Notes under the pieces: model-generated
Databases searched by the model: none
The model's input: only the letters and a program-made list of their open reading frames with translations
What the model was told of the DNA's origin: nothing
Translations under genes and position numbers: made by a program
Assembly: GCA_964474435.1 (NCBI GenBank)
Contig: CAYYSI010000002.1
Location: 26,193-90,192, forward strand
Source: an uncultured Candidatus Saccharibacteria bacterium
GTDB lineage: Bacteria; Patescibacteriota; Minisyncoccia; Phycocordibacterales; UBA9973
Direction of reading: 5' to 3'
DNA: 64,000 bases
In this document: one piece after another, positions 56,501-64,000 of the stretch
Layout of the letters: each line of letters begins with the position of its first letter
Numbering within the stretch: the first letter of the stretch is position 1

Positions 56501-57107
56501 AACTCAAAATCACTTTTTCAATCATCAACTCAAGTGGTGCACCGCTCTCCCACGCACGTGCGTGTGCATTCAATAATTTTTTATACAACCCAAGGTGCTG
56601 ACTTTTTTCTTTTGGATTCTTGGTCGCCATATCACGAATCTTCCAATAGAGTATGCCAATGATCGCCTCTATTGGATGCTCATCGAGTGCTGCACGATAC
56701 GCCATCCAGCGCGCCTTTTTGTCTTTGGCGGTGAGTGCAAGCGTTGCTCCAAAGATATCTGCTCCACGCGTTTCCTTTTTTATCTTTTCTTCGGTATGAA
56801 CTACTGCGCCAGCTTTTTTGAATGCGGTAATGATTGGAGACGGCAGCACCATTTCTTCAAACAAAAATATCGTTGGGCTCGCAAGGAGTTTTTTCAAAAA
56901 CACTGTATCGAGCAGTTCGGTGAGCATAAATTTCACTTGCACGATCGGTGGCGCAATTGAAAAGAGTGATGGATAGAGATACTGCTCCAGATCCATGAGT
57001 GTCCCGTATGTTTCATCAAAGACAAGTACTTCACTCTCTGGAGTAACAATGGTTGCAATATGCTGTTGTCGCTTTTGTTGCACATCGGCAACGACGAGGA
57101 AAATCAT
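56499..57107 (-). CDS. Divergent DNA polymerase III delta (HolA)-like protein
   Basis: SLF motif, IF, I.G.LYW....M, L.L..E...L C-terminus. Confidence 0.5.
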   Translation of the reverse strand: MIFLVVADVQQKRQQHIATIVTPESEVLVFDETYGTLMDLEQYLYPSLFSIAPPIVQVKFMLTELLDTVFLKKLLASPTIFLFEEMVLPSPIITAFKKAGAVVHTEEKIKKETRGADIFGATLALTAKDKKARWMAYRAALDEHPIEAIIGILYWKIRDMATKNPKEKSQHLGLYKKLLNAHARAWESGAPLELMIEKVILS

Positions 57108-57566
57108 TTATAAAATCTTGGGCACCGATGCCTGATACTTTTTATATTCTTCGCCATAGGTTCGATCAAGTATGGCTTCATATTTCTGAAACAGCATATT
57201 GGAAATAATATACCCCACCACTGTCACACCGAAAAACACGATCGATCCTGAAACCAGTGTATACCCTGTCACTAGTATCACCATCCCGAGATGTGTTGGG
57301 TTGCGCATATACCGATATGGTCCGCGGAAGAAATAAGGGTCTGATAGTTGCCCGGTCTGTGTATGATGACGCGATGTGTACTGTGCCCAAAGTATCAGGA
57401 GTGCTCCCACCCCAAAACACACGAGTGTGATCGGATTTGCAAATGGCAGGTTAATATCAAATCCAATGAGTGTGTCCACAAAGAGCCCGACAATACTGAA
57501 AATAAAGTACATAAGGTATGACTGTGCGAGAGTTCTGTGGACTGACTGTTGTTCGGGAGTATCCAT
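57108..57566 (-). CDS. Isoprenylcysteine carboxyl methyltransferase/PEMT family protein
   Basis: GPYRYMRNP..LG, E..L...YGEEY..Y...VP. Confidence 0.85.
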   Translation of the reverse strand: MDTPEQQSVHRTLAQSYLMYFIFSIVGLFVDTLIGFDINLPFANPITLVCFGVGALLILWAQYTSRHHTQTGQLSDPYFFRGPYRYMRNPTHLGMVILVTGYTLVSGSIVFFGVTVVGYIISNMLFQKYEAILDRTYGEEYKKYQASVPKIL

Positions 57567-57583
57567 GCGAGTATTGTATATGG

Positions 57584-59947
57584 TTATTTGAGCTCATCAA
57601 GTCGGTGTCCCGTACCGAGTGACACTGCGAGCGGGACTGGTTCTACTGCAGACGGAATTGGGCTGCGTGCAAATACGTCGAGCATTGCCCGAGTGATGAT
57701 CTCACTTGCCTCTTGTTGTACGGACTCATGAGCTTCATAAATAAGCTCGTCGTGAATTTGGAGCGTGAGGTGAACCTTGTCTATAAGTCCTGCGCTACGG
57801 AGATCTGCATCAATGAGCAAGATCGCGATCTTTACCAAGTCCGCACTCGTGCCCTGGATCGGCGCATTGACTGCCATGCGTTCTGCGAATGCTCGGAGAA
57901 ACGGTGCACCACTTTTGATTGCCGGAAAATATCTGCGTCGTCCAAATATTGTTTCTGTATAGCCATACTCTCGAGCAAATTCCTTGGTTGACTCGAGGTA
58001 TGCGGCAATGGTTGGGAATGTTTTGAAATAGTCTTCGTAGTACTGCGCTGCTTCGACACGAGTTGATCCCAAGTTTTTCTGCAGTGCGCTCACACCCATC
58101 CCGTAGAGTATGCCGAAGTTAATAACCTTGGCCTTGCGGCGCATATCGTTCGTCACCTCATGTGGTTCTACTTTGAACATCGCTGCAGCAACACGCGTAT
58201 GGATATCTTCGGCTCGCTCAAAGGTGTCGATGAGTTGTTTGTCACGAGAGAGCATGGCGAGGACTCGAAGTTCAATTTGAGAATAATCACTCCCCACAAA
58301 GACATGTCCTTTGCGTGCCATCATCCCGTGACGGATCTCCTTGCCGCCCTCGCCTTTTGCGGGAATATTTTGCAGGTTTGGATTGGTCGAAGAAAATCGC
58401 CCCGTCGTCGTCCCGTGTTGCAAAAATGTCCCATGCACACAGCCGTCGTCTTTTACATGTTCAAGGAGCGCTTCGACATACGTACTGAGGAGTTTTTGCA
58501 CTTCACGATGCTCAAGAATTTTTGCGACTACGGGATGCTCGTCGACAAGTGTTTCCAGTGTTTCTGCATTAGTCGTGTATGCGCCACTCGCCTTTTGCTT
58601 ACCCTTTGGTTTGAGCCCAAGGGTCACAAACAAGAGTTCAGAAAGTTGTTTGGGAGAGTTGAGATTCACCGTTGTACCAGTGAGGCTACTCACTTCTTTT
58701 TCAATACCAGCAAGTTGTCCCTGCATGCGATCACGCAGTCCTTTGAAATAGTCTTGATCAATACAAATCCCCCACGCCTGCATGTCTGCAATGATCGGGA
58801 TCAGCGGCTCTTCGAGTTTCTCATAGAGGTCAAGGAGATTTTTCTTTTTTAATTCTCCAAGAATTGCGTCGTATGCTTCTTGCAGTGTTTTCTTGCGAGT
58901 GCGATCGAGAATTGCGTCGTATCCAGGATTCGTATTTTCGGAATACAGTACCCAGAGCGCGATCGATGCGCGGCGCAAAAGTTCCGGATCCACTTCTTCG
59001 GTTGGACCAGTCTCCTCGAATGCAAAAAGTTTCTTGATGCGCGGAAGCAAACTTCGGAATTCATATTCAGTCACCGTCGCAAGCACTTTTTCTTGATTGA
59101 TTGATTCACGATAGCTGTGTTCGGGCAATGTGTATGTCACTGGCGCATCACGACGGATTGTGGCAAGTGTCTTTGAAAAGAATGCATCGTCCTTGTGCTC
59201 GAGCAATATAGCGAGCATGCGATCAGAGAGTGCTGCTTTTTTTGCATTTGCAGGATCTTTTTCAATTGCCTCATAGAGTCCTTCGATTGAGCCAAATGTT
59301 TGGATGATAGTCGTTGCGGTTTTTTCTCCAATACCTTTTACTCCAATGATGTTGTCGGACGGATCTCCGCGAAGGCCTTTGTAGTCGACGAGCTGGAGTG
59401 GCTTGAATCCGTAGCGCGCAACAACTGCGTCTTCGTCATAGATAACAGTATCCGTGATTCCTTTTTTGAGTGTAAATACTCGGATCTTGGTTCCTTCGAC
59501 AAGCTGGAGGGTGTCCATATCCCCCGACGCAATAATGATCGAAAGGTTTGGATCATTTCGGTATTGCTCGACAAGTGTCCCGATCACATCATCTGCCTCA
59601 AATCCTTCTGCATCCAAACACGGCACCCCAAATGCCTCAAAGAGTCCGCGCGAGCTCTGCAACTGCGCAACGAGATCATCTTCTGCTTTTACTCTTCCTT
59701 TTTTGTAGTCATCATATGCGAGGTGTCGAAAGGTGGGTTTCGGCAAGTCATATGCTGCGACGATATAGTCCGGTTTCAATTCTTCAACAATCCGGATGAG
59801 CATGGCAGTGATGCCATAGAGTGCACCAGTTGGTATACCTGCGGCGTTCGCAAAGTTTGGGAGTGCATGATACGCGCGATGAATGATCGCGTGTGCGTCG
59901 AGGATGACGAGTGTTTTGCTGTCAGATTTTTTCGCTGTTTTATTCAT
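57584..59947 (-). CDS. polA: DNA polymerase I (3'-5' exonuclease domain largely absent)
   Basis: EADD.IG, GDPSDNI.GV.GIG, TGR.SS.NPNLQNIP, DYSQIELR, K..NFG..YG, QIHDEL. Confidence 0.97.
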   Translation of the reverse strand: MNKTAKKSDSKTLVILDAHAIIHRAYHALPNFANAAGIPTGALYGITAMLIRIVEELKPDYIVAAYDLPKPTFRHLAYDDYKKGRVKAEDDLVAQLQSSRGLFEAFGVPCLDAEGFEADDVIGTLVEQYRNDPNLSIIIASGDMDTLQLVEGTKIRVFTLKKGITDTVIYDEDAVVARYGFKPLQLVDYKGLRGDPSDNIIGVKGIGEKTATTIIQTFGSIEGLYEAIEKDPANAKKAALSDRMLAILLEHKDDAFFSKTLATIRRDAPVTYTLPEHSYRESINQEKVLATVTEYEFRSLLPRIKKLFAFEETGPTEEVDPELLRRASIALWVLYSENTNPGYDAILDRTRKKTLQEAYDAILGELKKKNLLDLYEKLEEPLIPIIADMQAWGICIDQDYFKGLRDRMQGQLAGIEKEVSSLTGTTVNLNSPKQLSELLFVTLGLKPKGKQKASGAYTTNAETLETLVDEHPVVAKILEHREVQKLLSTYVEALLEHVKDDGCVHGTFLQHGTTTGRFSSTNPNLQNIPAKGEGGKEIRHGMMARKGHVFVGSDYSQIELRVLAMLSRDKQLIDTFERAEDIHTRVAAAMFKVEPHEVTNDMRRKAKVINFGILYGMGVSALQKNLGSTRVEAAQYYEDYFKTFPTIAAYLESTKEFAREYGYTETIFGRRRYFPAIKSGAPFLRAFAERMAVNAPIQGTSADLVKIAILLIDADLRSAGLIDKVHLTLQIHDELIYEAHESVQQEASEIITRAMLDVFARSPIPSAVEPVPLAVSLGTGHRLDELK

Positions 59948-60372
59948 AAGGTTTTAATATGGCGCCCAGTTTCAGTATGCGAAATACTATATCGCTGTAC
60001 ACTTTCTGGAAGTGCATCGACAATTCGCTCTGGCCACTCAACGATCACAAGTGTGTTGGGTGTACTAATAAGTGTTTCCCAGCCAAGCGGTACAAGCTCT
60101 CCAACATCTTCTATTCTGTACGCATCAATATGTACTAACTGACTCCATGCTGGATCAGCAGTTTCGTAGTATTTTGCAATCACAAAGGTAGGACTCACGA
60201 CTGTTTCGTGCACCCCTAGCTCTCGTGCGATCGCTTGGACCAGTGTCGTCTTGCCGGCTCCTAGGTCGCCAGTAAGTCCTACTACTGTCGCAGCGCCTTC
60301 TGTGGGCTGTATATGCTCGAGTACTGCCTTGGCGGTCTGTACGACTTCGGCTTCTGTATAGTGGAAATCCAT
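59944..60372 (-). CDS. tsaE: t6A biosynthesis ATPase TsaE
   Basis: GDLGAGKTT, SPTF, HIDAYR, VEW. Confidence 0.95.
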   Translation of the reverse strand: MDFHYTEAEVVQTAKAVLEHIQPTEGAATVVGLTGDLGAGKTTLVQAIARELGVHETVVSPTFVIAKYYETADPAWSQLVHIDAYRIEDVGELVPLGWETLISTPNTLVIVEWPERIVDALPESVQRYSISHTETGRHIKTL

Positions 60373-60387
60373 ATCCGGATTCTAACA

Positions 60388-60421
60388 CAAAACACCCCCT
60401 TCAATTGAAGGGGGTGTTTTT
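60388..60421. terminator. Intrinsic terminator
   Basis: Perfect palindrome AAAACACCCCCTTCAA/TTGAAGGGGGTGTTTT. Confidence 0.8.
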
Positions 60422-60434
60422 GAGAGACCAAATA

Positions 60435-62405
60435 TTACGCAGAGGTATTTTTTCGGTAGAGGTGTCGTCCGAGGACGATAAGTGCAAGAATGATGAGTAT
60501 GAGAAGCAACCATCCGAGAAGTGTTGTTGGGAGGAATGCTCCGAACCCAAACACACTCGCTCCGAGGAGGTTAGGACAATCGTCAGACACCGTGATCAAT
60601 GAGTATGCAATTGCATCTTCTTGAGCATGGGTATGAGTGTTCGTGTACACCACAGTTGCAGTTGCAACAGTGAGATTACCACGGATTGCAGTATCGTTTA
60701 CTCGAGCGTGGATCGTGATCGTTCCCTGCTCTCCTGCACGTACGTTGCCCATATCAATCGTCAATGTTCGATCAACAACATCATATTCACCGCGTGAAGC
60801 TGAGAGGTATGAGATCTCCTTTGGATGATTGAATCGGAGTACGGTGTTTTCAAGTGTTTGACTTGAGATGTTGCGGTACGTGATGGTGTAATCCATCGCG
60901 CCGTTTACACACATGTGGTCATATGCACTTTCGACACGAAGCTCAAGGAGTGATGGAGCACTTTGTGCTACCACAACACTTGTCGTTGTCGGTCGTACAA
61001 TCACTGGAGTTACAACTGTCGTTCGTGTTGTCTGAAATCGAACAGTATCGCCGTAGGCAGTACCATTTTCATTTCGAACAACTGCACGATAGTAGTACAC
61101 ACCACCTGGGACAAGTCCTGAAACAACGTCACTGTAGTACTGTGAGGCATCGCCACTTTGTACTGACTGCGCATTTGTTCGGTTGCCAAATGATCCGCTT
61201 GTGCCCCATTCAAACCATGCAGTAGTACTGCGAGTTGTATGAGGAACTGCGATACCATTCAATCGAGCCTGTGTGCCACCAAGGATGGCTGCAACAGTTG
61301 TGATCGCCTGTGGCTGTGAAGAAACTTCAACATTGTTTACGCGAACTGTCACAGTATCTGTTTCAGTATCGCCATTGTTACAATACACGCGAAGTGTGTA
61401 ACTTGTTGTTGAATACGGACTCACACTCACTGATCCATCTTCGTTGCGCTCTCCTGAGAGAGAACTGATCGTTACGTAGTCGACATCCCCTGATGTATTC
61501 CATCGGAGTGTAGAACTATTTCCACGATCAATAGATGATGGTGATGCAGTGAATGAGTCAACCTCACACTGAGTGTTGTTTCGGTCATCAACGTTGATAG
61601 TAACGGTGTCTGTATCTCCAAGGTTGCCATTATCATCATACGCACGAAGTGTGTATGTGGTAGTACTTGTTGGATGTACAGTACGGTTGCCGTCAGCATT
61701 GAGTTCACCTGATACAGTACTGAGTGTGACATGATCACAGTCAGTTGTATTCCATGTGAGGTATGCTGAGTCACCTTCGTCGATTGAGTAATCATCGGCA
61801 TCAAAGGTATTGATTTCACAATCGTTGTTTGTCTGGGTATTGTTGTTACTTACCTTAAACTGCGCAGTGATTGTTCCCTGAGTATCCCATCCTGGAGAAA
61901 CGTTTCCGATTGGAAGACCGTCTCCAAAGAGAGCTGATTCATTTGACACAGTGTATCCACCTGACTGACCATGAATATATGCACGGACAGTTCCAGGGAT
62001 AAAGCTGATCGTCTGACTAGAACCAAGAGTTACTGTTGCAGAACCTGTTGCCGGAGCAATCGTAGTTGATGCAACCGCACCCTTAAAGGTAATAGTTGTT
62101 CCAGCACTACTGTTTCTTGGAGACATACCAACTTGGGTATCTTCTGCAAGGGTCGCAGTTGAGTTATGGAAATATACCTGAACCCCAATCGTGTCGCCTG
62201 GGTTAGCAGTCACCGAAGTGTGCCAACATCCAGCGCCTGGTCCTGATTCACAACCACCATTTTGGGTGATGTTGGTAACCATGACCGTCGGCAAGTCGCC
62301 TGGGTCGGTATTAAATTTGTCTACTGCATACGCAACCTGGCTCGTCATAACGAAACCAAGAAGGATGAGCATTGTTGTAATAATCTTTTTCATATTTTTT
62401 ATCAT
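60435..62405 (-). CDS. Surface protein with Ig/PKD-, FN3- and DUF11-like domains
   Basis: Signal peptide; two L.WNT...P..TT.YTL repeats; WFEWG..YYYRAV; C-terminal P.TLLGWLL TM. Confidence 0.75.
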   Translation of the reverse strand: MIKNMKKIITTMLILLGFVMTSQVAYAVDKFNTDPGDLPTVMVTNITQNGGCESGPGAGCWHTSVTANPGDTIGVQVYFHNSTATLAEDTQVGMSPRNSSAGTTITFKGAVASTTIAPATGSATVTLGSSQTISFIPGTVRAYIHGQSGGYTVSNESALFGDGLPIGNVSPGWDTQGTITAQFKVSNNNTQTNNDCEINTFDADDYSIDEGDSAYLTWNTTDCDHVTLSTVSGELNADGNRTVHPTSTTTYTLRAYDDNGNLGDTDTVTINVDDRNNTQCEVDSFTASPSSIDRGNSSTLRWNTSGDVDYVTISSLSGERNEDGSVSVSPYSTTSYTLRVYCNNGDTETDTVTVRVNNVEVSSQPQAITTVAAILGGTQARLNGIAVPHTTRSTTAWFEWGTSGSFGNRTNAQSVQSGDASQYYSDVVSGLVPGGVYYYRAVVRNENGTAYGDTVRFQTTRTTVVTPVIVRPTTTSVVVAQSAPSLLELRVESAYDHMCVNGAMDYTITYRNISSQTLENTVLRFNHPKEISYLSASRGEYDVVDRTLTIDMGNVRAGEQGTITIHARVNDTAIRGNLTVATATVVYTNTHTHAQEDAIAYSLITVSDDCPNLLGASVFGFGAFLPTTLLGWLLLILIILALIVLGRHLYRKNTSA

Positions 62406-62518
62406 TCTCGTCTTTTAATTCGACTAAATACATCATATCATATTATAGAAATAAGTCAAGTATAGAAAAAGGCGACTCTGTAAAGAGTCGCCTTATAGAT
62501 TTTCATGCAGAAACCACC

Positions 62519-63712
62519 TCAATATCCCCCACGTCCAACCAGACCGACGCTTTGAACAGACCTGCTGTTGTCATAAAGGCCATATGCCCCATTGTTTGTT
62601 GAGTTTACCCCACTGTACCCATTACCGTTTAGTAAAACACCAGTGTTATTGGGATAAATATGGGGGGCAAGTTGGCCACCACCATTGTCATACATACCTG
62701 GCTGGAATTGTCCGGCAATGTTGTTGAGGTTAGTACCTCCACTCCATGGAGTGTTCAGGTCATAGCCGTTACCACCTCCGTTATTACCAAGGATATTATT
62801 CCTGATATTGTACGTTGGTGCCATACCAAAGATTTGCATCTTTATTGTTGCTGGATTATACGCAGTTTTCAGACTCGATAAACCTATTGCGCCTTTGTAG
62901 AAAAGATCACCCACAGTATTTACCCAGTCAATCGCTCTTGTCTTTTGAACGTATTCGATTCTCTGAACTCCGTCTCCAGAATAATTTTGCCGACGATCGT
63001 CACGATCATCCCGGATGTTGAGTGTCGAAACTCCGCCCCCACCACCTGGAGATAACGTATTATTGTTATTCCCACTGACAGTGATGTAAATGTCTCCACC
63101 TGGATTTGAAGCGAACTTGGCATATGGATTTTTCTTAACCGCTACATATTCTTCAGGGTTTTCCGCTGGACCAGGATCTGGTTGCGGTACTTTCCCTACA
63201 ATAGTAGTAGGTGACATCAGATTCGCACACTTAAGTGACATAAAACATTTGCCACGAAACCATAAGAATACTTCACCGGGTTCAGGATCTCTCCCTCCCC
63301 ATTTGATTGTTTGAAGATCAGGGCTCCATCGTGACATTTCATAAGTTGAATTTTCACTTTTCATAAACCCTGTTGGGGCCGGACCAATCACCATTTCGTC
63401 ATAAATTTGACGAGCGGTAATAGTAGAATCCTGGTGATTGTAACGATTTATATCCACTATTTTTTGTGGCATATCGTTTATCATAAAGATCCTGCTTTCC
63501 TCTCCCTTACCAAACCGGATAAATTCATCGTAAAGATCTCTCTTAAAATCTTCGAATGTTGCCTTAGTTGTCCCGTAAAAATCACGGTAATTTGTTCTGA
63601 ATCCTCCGTGTTCACGGGGCGGATCCAGTAATGGATTTATTGTTGTTTCTGCATGTAGGATTTGTGATGCAAATAATATCAGCATCAGGATCCATTTTGA
63701 AAGAGCGTTCAT
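62519..63712 (-). CDS. Secreted hypothetical protein with Gly/Asn-rich C-terminus
   Basis: Signal peptide ending LHA; own TTGACA-17-TATGAT promoter; terminator 62467-62494. Confidence 0.65.
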   Translation of the reverse strand: MNALSKWILMLILFASQILHAETTINPLLDPPREHGGFRTNYRDFYGTTKATFEDFKRDLYDEFIRFGKGEESRIFMINDMPQKIVDINRYNHQDSTITARQIYDEMVIGPAPTGFMKSENSTYEMSRWSPDLQTIKWGGRDPEPGEVFLWFRGKCFMSLKCANLMSPTTIVGKVPQPDPGPAENPEEYVAVKKNPYAKFASNPGGDIYITVSGNNNNTLSPGGGGGVSTLNIRDDRDDRRQNYSGDGVQRIEYVQKTRAIDWVNTVGDLFYKGAIGLSSLKTAYNPATIKMQIFGMAPTYNIRNNILGNNGGGNGYDLNTPWSGGTNLNNIAGQFQPGMYDNGGGQLAPHIYPNNTGVLLNGNGYSGVNSTNNGAYGLYDNSRSVQSVGLVGRGGY

Positions 63713-63878
63713 AAAGAAAAATTTAATTGTTTACAATGTTGTGATTTCTTTTTATTTCTAACGTATCATAGCATATATAATAGATATTGTCAATCACCTT
63801 ACCTGGACCATTTTCTGGGGTCAAATTAGCCCTTATGTTGGGTCATTTTAGAGGGACATGCGGTATACTATGAGCACA

Positions 63879-64000
63879 ATGGTTCACTTTGATGAAGAAG
63901 AACAACAAAAGCGCTTTTCTACCCTTCGTACTGAGGAAGAAGAGGACTTGGTAGCAATGCTTGCACAGACACGATACGGCATTTCGTCAGTTGACCTCTC
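63879..64000 (+). CDS. Probable GspE/PilB family ATPase N-terminus (truncated by window edge)
   Basis: MVHFDEEEQQKR...EEEEDL...LA...YG...VDL recalled as the CPR PilB start; TATACT upstream. Confidence 0.55.
   Translation, partial: MVHFDEEEQQKRFSTLRTEEEEDLVAMLAQTRYGISSVDL

Noticed and set aside
1-64000. Many antisense or alternate-frame ORFs in the track (e.g. 2909-3472, 9974-10552, 22303-22848, 58160-58852, 59300-60142)
   Set aside because: They overlap well-supported genes and have no recognisable motifs; they are shadow ORFs.
1-64000. CRISPR array, IS, integron, prophage, retron or DGR
   Set aside because: No spaced direct repeats, transposase, integrase, reverse transcriptase or phage structural genes were seen by eye.
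1-64000. Stop-codon reassignment (code 25)
   Set aside because: Conserved genes are full length under code 11 with no internal TGA.

Overview
This window is core chromosome from a small-genome bacterium, almost certainly Patescibacteria/CPR (Parcubacteria-like). The assignment is inferred from rplK without rplA, trimmed PheRS/MetRS/PolA, an IleRS carrying a phosphatase insert, type IV pilus genes, CCA-less tRNA genes and almost no Shine-Dalgarno sites. Most genes are on the minus strand. It encodes recA (3' end), efp, rpsF-ssb-rpsR, metG, glyQS, ileS, argS, pheS/pheT, secE-nusG-rplK, rplS, rpsT, polA, ruvA, ruvX, recO, msrAB, ABC systems and 7 tRNAs. AT-rich single genes are scattered among the core genes, including a dut / DUF1599 / thyA / NDT-like / folA nucleotide cluster. 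No CRISPR array, transposase, integrase or prophage was seen. The main leads are: (1) all seven tRNA genes read N73-C-A rather than N73-CCA; (2) a free-standing LAGLIDADG gene ends 1 nt before tRNA-Leu; (3) an ileS T-box pairs an ultrashort Stem I with a transcription terminator; (4) a palindromic element is inserted in frame in pheT, and several structured intergenic RNAs are present (6S-like, rpsF leader, orphan sRNA); (5) many genes have leaderless promoters. All family calls come from motif recognition by eye; no database search was run.
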